Origin: an uncultured Saprospiraceae bacterium
GTDB taxonomy: Bacteria; Bacteroidota; Bacteroidia; Chitinophagales; Saprospiraceae
DNA: 64,000 nt
Assembly (NCBI GenBank): GCA_963746195.1
Contig: CAVVAS010000008.1
Span: 50,979 to 114,978, forward strand
Direction of reading: 5' to 3'
Both the position numbers and the translations under genes were made by a program. Numbering within the stretch: position 1 is the stretch's first letter; the number at the start of each line of letters is the position of its first letter. The notes below the pieces were generated by a model. It was not told the origin of the DNA and did not search any database. It worked only from the letters and a program-made list of their open reading frames with translations. Shown here piece by piece: positions 18,277 to 26,976 of the stretch.

Positions 18277-18585
18277 CTATAGCGATTTGAAAAATAATTT
18301 CATGTATGCCTCAGCTAATGCTAAATACTTCCCTTCAATAGAATAAATGATTTTGGGGTATTTTACTTTATAGGTGATCAAATGAGCTTTGCGTAGAATT
18401 TTGAGATGACCAGATAAGGAAGTTTTGGAGATAGGATGTAGTTTTGAAAGTTGGTCTACATCGCAAGGCCCATCCTTACTCAATTTCCTTATTATCACAG
18501 CCCTCGCAGGATGACTGAATGCTTTAAAAAAAGCGGTGATTAATTGGTCGTCCTTCTCATAGAGGTTGGCTTTGGAAAATCCCAT
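18277..18585 (-). CDS. ArsR-family winged-HTH transcriptional regulator (paralogue 2)
   Basis: 102 aa. 'HPARAVIIRKLSKDGPCDVDQLSKLHPISKTSLSGHLKILRKAHLI'. Clearly alignable with 350..658, with the HTH core conserved (identity not computed). Confidence 0.7.
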   Translation of the reverse strand: MGFSKANLYEKDDQLITAFFKAFSHPARAVIIRKLSKDGPCDVDQLSKLHPISKTSLSGHLKILRKAHLITYKVKYPKIIYSIEGKYLALAEAYMKLFFKSL

Positions 18586-18640
18586 ATTAGTAAATTTTAT
18601 ATGTTTTCAACTGCAACAATGACGGCGACTGTAGGCAAAT

Positions 18641-18655
18641 GATTTCGGCGAAATC
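18641..18655. promoter_or_regulatory. Palindromic motif, site 5 (tGATTTCG-G-CGAAATCa)
   Basis: Perfect 8-1-8 palindrome, 56 nt upstream of the ArsR-like start (18585), in the region divergent from the M1 peptidase gene. Confidence 0.45.
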
Positions 18656-18824
18656 AAATTGCAGCCCGCATTCATTTTGTCAACCTATAATGTCTCGAAC
18701 ACCCCCAAATGTTACCCCCTCCATTCAATTATTTTCACCCAATCTCCATTTTTTTTCACCTTAATCCATTTTAACTGATTTTCACCTTCCACGGTTATAA
18801 ATTTTTCCCTTCACCCACTCCTAT

Positions 18825-18832
18825 TATCTTTG
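18825..18832 (+). promoter_or_regulatory. Candidate -7 box TAtcTTTG
   Basis: Ends 4 nt before the ATG at 18837, implying a leaderless or near-leaderless mRNA. Confidence 0.35.
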
Positions 18833-18836
18833 AACG

Positions 18837-21773
18837 ATGTCACGATCGCCAACCACCTTTAGTATTTTTTTACCAAAACAAAATTTATTCTCTCTTTTAG
18901 TATTTACTATATGCTGCCTTACAGCCAGCACTACCTGTTCCAACGCGCAACGCCCCATTTACAAAATCACCGCCACCATCGATACTTTCGGAACCGATAC
19001 CGTAAAAGGCACAATCGATATCACATGGACCAACAGGTCAGGATCTCCTCTTGATAAACTCGGTATCCATCTCTGGCCAAATGCCTACAGCAATAAAAAC
19101 ACCGCACTCGTTAAGCAAATGCTAGACCAGGGAGATGTCACAGTATATCGCGCCCCACTTTCAGACCTTGGAGGTCTTTATGATTTAAATTTTACATCTT
19201 CTGGCGCGAATGTAAAATTAACTACGGATGAAAATAATATCGACATTGGATGGCTGCAATTAAATCAACCATTAAATCCATATTCAACGATTCACCTTTC
19301 ATCACCATATACATTGATCATCCCAAAATCTTTTTCAAGGATAGGTCGAACCGGTGACTCATACCAGCTCACACAATGGTATCCGCATATAGCAGTCTAT
19401 GATACCCTTGGCTGGCATACAATGCCCTATCTCAACCAGGGCGAGTATTACAATGATTTTGCAGATTATGAAGTGAGCATCAGTGTTCCGGAACGATATA
19501 AAGTTGCGGCTACGGGTGTTCTTCAATCAACAGCGCAAAAGGGGAAATTGATTGAATGGAATTTTAAAGCTGATAATGTCATCGACTTTGCGTGGTTCGC
19601 CAGTCCTACTTTCCGGCATGAAACACTTAAAGTAGATGTCGGGCTAAGTGAGCCTGTTGAATTAAATGTATATATCGACTCATGGCTGAATACGAATTGG
19701 AAATCGGCTGTACTGTATGCTGAACGTGCATTGAAATTTTATAGTGATTGGATAGGCCCTTATCCTTATCCACAAATGAGTGTTGTGTATACTCCATTCA
19801 GTAAAGCAGGTTACATGGAGTATCCGATGGTCGCACAGATTAGTTATACCGAAGATCCGGTTTACCTGGATCGGGTCATTGCACATGAGATAGGTCACAC
19901 ATGGCTATATGGTATTCTCGCCAATGATGAACGAACTAATCCATGGCTTGATGAAGGATTTAACTCTTTCATGGAAGAACAATACATGAAGACGTATTAC
20001 CAGGATGCTGCCGAATCTATTTTTCCAAAAGTTTTTGAAAGCAAAAAGTCGATGGATGATGATGATGCGCTCCAGCATTTTGTAAGGTTCAATGGAGATT
20101 TGCAGCCACCGCTCACTCCACCCGAACATCAGACAGAAAATCAATATTTATTCAGCGCTTACCTATTGCCCGAAGAAGGCCTTGATATGATGATGTCAAT
20201 GGTTGGGCCAGTCAAGATGAAGCAGATGTTCAGGAAATATTTCGAAGATCGAAAATTTACGCATGTAGCTCCGTCAGATGTGCAGGCTTCATTTGAAAAA
20301 GCATGCAATTGTGATTGCAGTTGGTTTTTTAAAGGATGGCTTCATCACGCGCATGAGGTAGATTACAGGATCAAAAAATTTGATGCTGATTTAAATAATG
20401 TCACTATTGAAAACCATGGCACTCCAACAATTCCGGTGGAAGTGAGTGGTTACCTGGATGGTACAAAAATAAACCAGCAATGGGTTGATGGATTTGCTGG
20501 AGAGAAGGCCATTCATTTTGACAAGCATGTTGATGAAGTCAGGTTGTATGATGGGATGATGGCGATTAATAAAAATTGGACCGACAATATTCACCCGCGG
20601 CAAATAAAAGTTGGAGTAAGTATTTTTCCAAAAATTGCAAATTATACAAACCCGGTTATTGGATTTACGCCAGTGATTGGACACAATCTTGCGGATGGAT
20701 TGATGCCTGGTTTGGCCTTGACTTCAGGGTTGATGCCACAGCATGGATTTAAATGGTTTTTTATGCCGATGTATGGAATCGACAGTAAAGAATTTAGATA
20801 TTATGGAGAGGCCCGATATATAAAGACTTTGGAACATAGTGCATTTGATAAACTGATGATATCCGTTGCAGCAAGCTCATTCGGATATAACATTGATACA
20901 CATTATGTTTTCAGAGATCATTTTTTCCGGTTGTCACCATCTCTTGCATTGAGATTTAATGCTGATGATAATATTCATTTAACGCGTTGGCTGAAATACA
21001 GGTATGTGGATATCACCCAAAATTATGGTCGTGGATTGGATTATGAGGCTAAAGAATATGAATCTGATCAAAGACACTATGGTATTCACGAATTGGAATA
21101 TGAGATGAGTTCCGATGTTGCATTAAAACCCTTCAACGCATCGGCTAACATTCAGGCAGGTAAAGGATTTGTTCGATTAAACGTAAATTATAATCAGCAT
21201 TTTGTGGGAAAAAATAAGCAACGTGGCGTCTGGGTGCATGGATTTGCAGGGTGGTTGCCTTATTTTGAAAAATTGCCTGAGGAAAGTCAGCAGGCAAATG
21301 TTCTTTTTTCTTTCAACGGAACAAGCTCCAACGGTTACTTAACCAAGGATTATATGTTAGACGAATGGCTTGGTGGACGAAATGCGACTGACGGTCTTTA
21401 TTCAAGACAGCTATTTATGAAAGATGCTGAGCTCAAAACATTGGATTATACAGGCCTCAGTGAAAAATGGATGATTGCAGGAGGAGCCAGTGTGGCATTG
21501 CCTTTCAAGTTTGTCCATTTTTATATGGATGCAACATTATACCCGAGTGCGATTACTGATGAAGTCACGTTTAGTTATAGTGGTGGAATGTCCGTTATTC
21601 TGCTCAAAGATGTAATCGAAATCTATGTTCCTATCTTAGAAAGCAAAGACATTCGCGAGAGCATTGCTTATACGAATAGAGAAATGTGGTTTGACAGAAT
21701 TTCATTTCAGGCCAATATTAAACTCTTCAATCCTTTAAATCTTATCGACCGGTATCAATTGAAATATCAATAA
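18837..21773 (+). CDS. M1-family zinc metallopeptidase (aminopeptidase N-like), secreted
   Basis: 978 aa. 'HEIGH', then 18 residues, then E ('WLDEGFNSF') is the gluzincin signature. Confidence 0.85.
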   Translation: MSRSPTTFSIFLPKQNLFSLLVFTICCLTASTTCSNAQRPIYKITATIDTFGTDTVKGTIDITWTNRSGSPLDKLGIHLWPNAYSNKNTALVKQMLDQGDVTVYRAPLSDLGGLYDLNFTSSGANVKLTTDENNIDIGWLQLNQPLNPYSTIHLSSPYTLIIPKSFSRIGRTGDSYQLTQWYPHIAVYDTLGWHTMPYLNQGEYYNDFADYEVSISVPERYKVAATGVLQSTAQKGKLIEWNFKADNVIDFAWFASPTFRHETLKVDVGLSEPVELNVYIDSWLNTNWKSAVLYAERALKFYSDWIGPYPYPQMSVVYTPFSKAGYMEYPMVAQISYTEDPVYLDRVIAHEIGHTWLYGILANDERTNPWLDEGFNSFMEEQYMKTYYQDAAESIFPKVFESKKSMDDDDALQHFVRFNGDLQPPLTPPEHQTENQYLFSAYLLPEEGLDMMMSMVGPVKMKQMFRKYFEDRKFTHVAPSDVQASFEKACNCDCSWFFKGWLHHAHEVDYRIKKFDADLNNVTIENHGTPTIPVEVSGYLDGTKINQQWVDGFAGEKAIHFDKHVDEVRLYDGMMAINKNWTDNIHPRQIKVGVSIFPKIANYTNPVIGFTPVIGHNLADGLMPGLALTSGLMPQHGFKWFFMPMYGIDSKEFRYYGEARYIKTLEHSAFDKLMISVAASSFGYNIDTHYVFRDHFFRLSPSLALRFNADDNIHLTRWLKYRYVDITQNYGRGLDYEAKEYESDQRHYGIHELEYEMSSDVALKPFNASANIQAGKGFVRLNVNYNQHFVGKNKQRGVWVHGFAGWLPYFEKLPEESQQANVLFSFNGTSSNGYLTKDYMLDEWLGGRNATDGLYSRQLFMKDAELKTLDYTGLSEKWMIAGGASVALPFKFVHFYMDATLYPSAITDEVTFSYSGGMSVILLKDVIEIYVPILESKDIRESIAYTNREMWFDRISFQANIKLFNPLNLIDRYQLKYQ

Positions 21774-21779
21774 ATGCCT

Positions 21780-23096
21780 TTAATCATCATCCTCGTCATC
21801 ATCATGCTCATCAATTGATGTGGCAACTTCAGTGCCATTACCGCCCAGCAATCGCATCGTATTGACATTATCCTTTCTGAGATGATTGACCACGCGAAGA
21901 ACATCATCAATGGTGACTTCTCCTATCCGGTCTGCTTCTGTATTGATGAGGTTAGCATCTCCGAGGGATTCGTAATAGGCAAGATTTGTAGCTTTATGAG
22001 CAGCACTTACATTGGAAAAAGCTACTGTACTTTCATTTTTATTTTTCAGTTTTTCCAGGATCGATAATGGAATTAAGTGATGTTGCAAATCTGCCAATTC
22101 TTTCCACAATGCTGTCTCCATATCATCCATAGTCACATCCTTTGCGGGCCGTAATTCGAGAATAAACAAACCTTTCTCTTCTGTTCCGGTGATGTAGGCA
22201 TCCATGTGCGCACATTTCTTCAACACTTTAACCATTCGCTGATAAAAAACCGAAGAACGCCCAAGGCTCATCACATCACTTAATAAATCAAAAGCATAAT
22301 AATTCGTACCGTTGCGGCCATCCATTTGCCAGGCGAGATATAATACGGACGAAGGATATTTCCCTTCATCTTCCAATAATCTTGCGTCTGTTTGAAGAGG
22401 TTCATCTGAATGGGGAATTCTCGACATTGGTCTTGCAGGGATACTTTCAAATCTATGTCTGACCATATCAAGAATAACAGCAGGATCTGTTGGGCCGGCA
22501 ATAGAAATAATGGCATTATTCGGGCCGTAAAAATTTTTATAAAATTCTTTTACATCGGAAAGCTTTGCGTCATTGACATGCTCTATTTTCTTTCCTATTG
22601 TAGGCCATTGATATGGATGCACTTTGTAACATAATTCAGACAGCATATGCCACACCATACCATAAGGTTGATTAATGCATGTTTCTTTGAATTCCTCTGT
22701 GACCACTTGCTGCTGAACACTCAGTGATTTCTGATTGATGTTTAGATACTGCATCCGGTCTGCCTCAAGCCATAATGCAGTATCCACATTGACCTCCGGA
22801 AGAGTGCAATAAAAATTGGTGATGTCTGAGTTTGTAAAAGCATTGCATTCCCCGCCGGCCAACTGGATTGGATCATCAAATGAAATGGCGTGTTCAGATC
22901 CTGCAAACATCAGGTGCTCAAACAAATGGGCAAACCCTGTCTTTTCGGGTGATTCATCACGCGAGCCGACTTTATACAATACATTGACCGTTGACAGCGG
23001 TGTATTCTTATCCTGGTGAATAAGCACACACAAGCCGTTGGCCAGTATGTGTTTTTCGTATATAACCAAATTGAGGTTGATATTAATGAGGGACAA
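21780..23096 (-). CDS. M16-family (pitrilysin-like) zinc peptidase
   Basis: 438 aa. Inverted zinc motif 'HLFEHLMF' and an acidic tail 'DEHDDDEDDD'. The start codon is TTG and therefore uncertain. Confidence 0.8.
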   Translation of the reverse strand: MSLININLNLVIYEKHILANGLCVLIHQDKNTPLSTVNVLYKVGSRDESPEKTGFAHLFEHLMFAGSEHAISFDDPIQLAGGECNAFTNSDITNFYCTLPEVNVDTALWLEADRMQYLNINQKSLSVQQQVVTEEFKETCINQPYGMVWHMLSELCYKVHPYQWPTIGKKIEHVNDAKLSDVKEFYKNFYGPNNAIISIAGPTDPAVILDMVRHRFESIPARPMSRIPHSDEPLQTDARLLEDEGKYPSSVLYLAWQMDGRNGTNYYAFDLLSDVMSLGRSSVFYQRMVKVLKKCAHMDAYITGTEEKGLFILELRPAKDVTMDDMETALWKELADLQHHLIPLSILEKLKNKNESTVAFSNVSAAHKATNLAYYESLGDANLINTEADRIGEVTIDDVLRVVNHLRKDNVNTMRLLGGNGTEVATSIDEHDDDEDDD

Positions 23097-23110
23097 AAAT
23101 AAGAGAAAAA

Positions 23111-23138
23111 CGTGAGGCGTGAATCGTGAGGCGTGAAT
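23111..23138. repeat. Heptamer tandem tract (CGTGAGG/CGTGAAT, each twice)
   Basis: Read directly from the sequence. Shares the unit CGTGAAT with 55262-55352. Confidence 0.85.
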
Positions 23139-23254
23139 AGCCTATCAAAATGGATCCTTTGGAATTTCACTCGGTAAATACGGTAAAAGAGGGGTGCTGT
23201 TAGGATATTTCAAATTTATGCAGGTTGATGGTCTTAGCCGGAGCAATTCATTTC

Positions 23255-23365
23255 ATGTTTTCCTTAAATATTATTTCATTATATGTTTGCCTTAAATACA
23301 ATTGTGTTTGCCTAAAACATTATGATGTTTGCCTTAAACATTTTTTATGATGTGCCTGAAAATCA
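23255..23365 (+). promoter_or_regulatory. Five direct copies of ATGTTTGCCTTAAA-like motif upstream of the mutase gene
   Basis: Copies start at 23255, 23283, 23304, 23325 and 23350 (spacing 28, 21, 21, 25 nt). Confidence 0.4.
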
Positions 23366-23401
23366 GCTATATAGCTTAAAAAGTAATCTTTACTTTTACC
23401 C

Positions 23402-25441
23402 ATGCTTAAATGGAACTGGTCTGAAACACCTTCACCAAATTCAGAGTCTTCGCCACTAAACGGCTATGTCTCCGGAATTCCACCATTTCTACGAGGCCCT
23501 TACTCCACCATGTATTTGGTGAGGCCTTGGACCATCAGACAATACGCGGGTTTTTCCACAGCAGAGGATAGCAATGCATTTTATCGTCGCAATCTCGCTG
23601 CAGGCCAAAGAGGTCTTTCCGTTGCATTTGATTTGCCCACCCACAGAGGATATGATTCTGATCATCCGCGCGTCCGTGGTGATGTCGGTAAAGCGGGTGT
23701 CGCCATCGACACCGTCGAAGACATGAAGATCTTGTTTGATCAGATACCACTCAATAAAATGTCAGTTTCGATGACTATGAATGGAGCCGTCATTCCGGTC
23801 ATGGCATTTTTTATTGTCACCGCAGAAGAACAAGGTGTCTCTCTTTCTGATCTGACAGGTACAATCCAGAACGACATCCTCAAAGAATTTATGGTGAGGA
23901 ATACATACATCTATCCGCCGAAACCATCAATGCGAATTGTTGGAGATATTTTTTCATATCTGGCAACGAATATGCCGGGATTTAACTCCATCAGCATTTC
24001 AGGATACCATATGCATGAAGCAGGTGCAACACCGGAACTTGAACTTGCTTATACGCTTGCAGATGGATGGGAATATTTGCGAACAGGAATTGCAGCAGGT
24101 TTGGATATTGATGAATTTGCTCCAAGGCTTTCTTTCTTTTGGGGAATAGGAATGAATCATCTCATTGAAGTCGCCAAGATGCGAGCAGCACGCGTGATAT
24201 GGGCGGAAATTATTAAAACATTCAATCCAAAGGATCCAAAATCATTAGCATTGCGCACGCATTGTCAGACCAGTGGCTGGAGTCTTGCAGCACAGGATCC
24301 ATACAACAATATTGCACGTACTACGATTGAAGCTCTTTCTGCTGTGATCGGTGGAACTCAATCATTGCATACAAATGCGCTTGACGAAGCACTTGCTCTC
24401 CCGACAGATCATACTGCTGCGATTGCAAGAGATACTCAATTATTTCTTCAGTCAGGTGCAGGCATGACTAAACTGATCGATGCTTATGGAGGATCTCAAT
24501 ACATTGAAAAGTTGACGGATGAACTCATTCACAAAGCATGGAATCATATTCGTGAAGTGGAAGATTTAGGTGGCATGGTCAAAGCCATGGAAAAGAACAT
24601 TCCAAAGATGCGCATTGAAGAAGCTGCTGCACGAAGACAGGCGAGAATTGATTCCGATAAAGAGAAAATTGTAGGTGTAAATATTTTTGTTCCAGAGGAA
24701 GATTCTGCGCTGACATTATTGGAAGTAGATAATACAGCGGTCACTAAGGCTCAATGGGACAGGTTGAAAAAAGTAAAAGAATCGCGCGACCCGGTTCTCG
24801 TTCAAAAGGCTTTAAAAGATTTAGAAGAAGTTGCCCATTCTAAAAACGGAAATCTTCTTGCTGCTGCCGTGGTGGCTGCACGTCATCGTGCTACTCTGGG
24901 TGAGATCAGCGATGCGATGGAAAAAGTTTTTGGTCGTTATATTGCATCTCCATCATTAATATCAGGTGTATATGCAAAAGAACTTAGCATGAATGATACG
25001 TTTCAGCAAGCCAGGGCTGCAGCCGATGCATTTGCACTTAAAGTCGGAAGGAGGCCACGCATCATGGTCGCTAAACTTGGCCAGGATGGTCACGACCGCG
25101 GTTCAAAAATTATTGCCACGAGTTTTGCAGACCTGGGATGGGATGTTGACATGGGCCCTTTATTTCAAACTCCGCAGGAAGCAGCAGCACAGGCTACCGA
25201 AAATGATGTTCATATTCTCGGTATTTCTTCTCTTGCAGCAGGACATAAAATTCTTGTTCCTGAGACTTTAAAAGCACTTGAAACTTTAGGCCGTAAAGAC
25301 ATACTTGTAGTTGTCGGTGGAATAATTCCGGAGCAGGATCATCAATTTCTAAAAGACCTTGGCGTCGCTGCCATTTTTGGTCCCGGCACAATCATTTCAG
25401 TGGCTGCTTTAGAACTTCTGGAAATCTTAGGTGAAAAGTAG
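23402..25441 (+). CDS. Methylmalonyl-CoA mutase family protein (catalytic plus B12-binding domains)
   Basis: 679 aa. '[23 protein letters not shown]' and C-terminal '[13 protein letters not shown]' (the DxHxxG B12-binding motif). Confidence 0.9.
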   Translation: MLKWNWSETPSPNSESSPLNGYVSGIPPFLRGPYSTMYLVRPWTIRQYAGFSTAEDSNAFYRRNLAAGQRGLSVAFDLPTHRGYDSDHPRVRGDVGKAGVAIDTVEDMKILFDQIPLNKMSVSMTMNGAVIPVMAFFIVTAEEQGVSLSDLTGTIQNDILKEFMVRNTYIYPPKPSMRIVGDIFSYLATNMPGFNSISISGYHMHEAGATPELELAYTLADGWEYLRTGIAAGLDIDEFAPRLSFFWGIGMNHLIEVAKMRAARVIWAEIIKTFNPKDPKSLALRTHCQTSGWSLAAQDPYNNIARTTIEALSAVIGGTQSLHTNALDEALALPTDHTAAIARDTQLFLQSGAGMTKLIDAYGGSQYIEKLTDELIHKAWNHIREVEDLGGMVKAMEKNIPKMRIEEAAARRQARIDSDKEKIVGVNIFVPEEDSALTLLEVDNTAVTKAQWDRLKKVKESRDPVLVQKALKDLEEVAHSKNGNLLAAAVVAARHRATLGEISDAMEKVFGRYIASPSLISGVYAKELSMNDTFQQARAAADAFALKVGRRPRIMVAKLGQDGHDRGSKIIATSFADLGWDVDMGPLFQTPQEAAAQATENDVHILGISSLAAGHKILVPETLKALETLGRKDILVVVGGIIPEQDHQFLKDLGVAAIFGPGTIISVAALELLEILGEK

Positions 25442-25483
25442 TCCCACCAGTTTAGTCTTAGGACTTGGGTTATTCAATTTTTA

Positions 25484-25595
25484 TTTCTTAAGTGGTTACT
25501 TATGTTCCTAAAGTTTCTAAGTGGTAAAAAGAAATTGGAGATATCTCCTTTTCGAACCACATAGACACATAGTTCACAAAGAAAAACACATAGAG
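25484..25595 (+). repeat. Solo copy of the CTATGTGG/CCACATAG hairpin-element family
   Basis: GAACCACATAGACACATAG (25554-25572) is identical to the tandem units at 1545-2002. The left arm is degenerate (CTAAGTGG). Contains the palindrome GGAGATATCTCC followed by TTTT at 25537-25552. Confidence 0.7.
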
Positions 25596-25649
25596 ATAAA
25601 AGCATTTCGCCCTGTCAATAAGTAGAGAGCAAAAGGAAGCTAAAAATTT

Positions 25650-25770
25650 TAAGTCCCCGGTTGCTGAGCTGCTTGCAATGAGTTGGGTGTGAATAGGATA
25701 TGCGAGTCGAAGTGTAGTACAAGGTTGAGAAGAGCAGGTCGAAGCATTAGGGATTTAGGGGCAAGGTGAG
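25650..25770. repeat. Copy of a ~100-nt intergenic element shared with 33668-33746
   Basis: Shared ordered blocks TAAGTCCCC, TTGCTGAGCTG, GGTCGAAGCAT and AGGGGCAAG. Overlaps the hemW stop codon. Confidence 0.55.
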
Positions 25771-26898
25771 GAACAACTCCGCCGCAATCCCGTCTGCAAA
25801 AAAATAATACTCCGGTTTCAACATCCAATTACCTTTTTTATTTTTTTCTAATTGCTTAATATTATTTGTTTTCAACATCAATTCAACCTGATCATCAAGA
25901 TATTTGACATATTTTTCACCAAGAACTTTCAACCTTTCATGATCAATTCCATACGAAGTTCTCAATCCGGTCATCACTAATTCATTAAACTGTTTTTCTT
26001 CAGTGAGTGCTTCCATTTCAAATGGAATTTTATTTTCATCAAGTGAAGAAATGTATTTGATGTTGTTGGAAATATTCCATTGACGCGACACACCATTAAA
26101 ACTATGCGCAGAAGGACCTAAGCCCAGGTAATGAATCCCTGACCAATAACTGGTATTGTGTTTGGATTCCATTCCCGGTTTCGAAAAATTACTGACTTCA
26201 TACTGTTCATATCCGGCTTCCCTTAGCATGGACTGAAGTACTGCATATTGCCTGTTGCTTTGTTCATCATCCGGTGGATGTACTATTCCTTTTTCGATTT
26301 GATGTGCAAGTGCAGTTCCTGGTTCCACGGTTAAAGCATAACAAGAAATATGTGGAATTCCACTATCAATGATTGCCTGAATATTTCCAATCCAATCTTC
26401 ATCGGTCAATCCGGCTCCTCCATAAATGAGATCGGCAGTAATATTTTCAAAACCTGCATTTTGTGATAAAACGATTGCAGCTTTTGCCTGGGTGGAATTA
26501 TGATTACGATTCCATCCTTTCAATAATTCATCCTGAAATGCCTGGATGCCAATGCTAAGTCTGTTTATGCCAATTTCCTTCCATTCATTTAATGTGTCAC
26601 TATTGATATCATCCGGATTCGATTCCAGGGTGATTTCAATATTTGGTGACAAAACAAAATTAATTCTGATGGTGTCGAGTATATATTTGATATCTGCAGA
26701 TGATACTGCTGAAGGCGTACCCCCTCCAAAATATATAGTCCTTATTTCCTGTCCTTTTAAATAATTAGAACTCATATTCGCTTCCTTTACAATAGCCAGG
26801 ATCAATTCATCTTTTTTTTGAAAAGAAGTAGAGAAATGAAAATTGCAATAGTGGCAAGCCTTTTTGCAAAACGGAATATGGATGTAAATGCCTGCCAT
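25747..26898 (-). CDS. hemW: Radical SAM heme chaperone / coproporphyrinogen-III-oxidase-like protein
   Basis: 'IYIHIPFCKKACHYCNF' is the CxxxCxxC radical SAM motif. The ATG at 26898 lies 5 nt after a -7 box and is preferred over the track start at 26910. Confidence 0.85.
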   Translation of the reverse strand: MAGIYIHIPFCKKACHYCNFHFSTSFQKKDELILAIVKEANMSSNYLKGQEIRTIYFGGGTPSAVSSADIKYILDTIRINFVLSPNIEITLESNPDDINSDTLNEWKEIGINRLSIGIQAFQDELLKGWNRNHNSTQAKAAIVLSQNAGFENITADLIYGGAGLTDEDWIGNIQAIIDSGIPHISCYALTVEPGTALAHQIEKGIVHPPDDEQSNRQYAVLQSMLREAGYEQYEVSNFSKPGMESKHNTSYWSGIHYLGLGPSAHSFNGVSRQWNISNNIKYISSLDENKIPFEMEALTEEKQFNELVMTGLRTSYGIDHERLKVLGEKYVKYLDDQVELMLKTNNIKQLEKNKKGNWMLKPEYYFFADGIAAELFLTLPLNP

Positions 26899-26903
26899 AA
26901 ACA

Positions 26904-26911
26904 CAAACATA
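26904..26911 (-). promoter_or_regulatory. Candidate -7 box (TAtgTTTG on the minus strand)
   Basis: CAAACATA on the plus strand, 5 nt upstream of the hemW ATG at 26898. Confidence 0.35.
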
Positions 26912-26917
26912 AGTATA

Positions 26918-26948
26918 AAGGCTAAGGCAAAGGCGAAGGCGAAGGTTG
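26918..26948. repeat. Hexamer tract AGGCNA x5
   Basis: AGGCTA AGGCAA AGGCGA AGGCGA AGGTTG, the reverse complement of the GCCTTM family at 49451-49583. Confidence 0.8.
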
Positions 26949-26961
26949 AGCCCGAGATTTC

Positions 26962-26969
26962 TACATTTG
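26962..26969 (+). promoter_or_regulatory. Candidate -7 box TAcaTTTG
   Basis: Ends 7 nt before the ATG at 26977. Confidence 0.35.
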
Positions 26970-26976
26970 AAGTGAA

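Noticed and set aside
23200-23401. Cobalamin riboswitch upstream of the B12-dependent mutase
   Set aside because: I could not find a B12-box-like conserved core or a multi-stem GC-rich fold. The region is AT-rich and dominated by direct repeats, so it is better described as a DNA repeat array.
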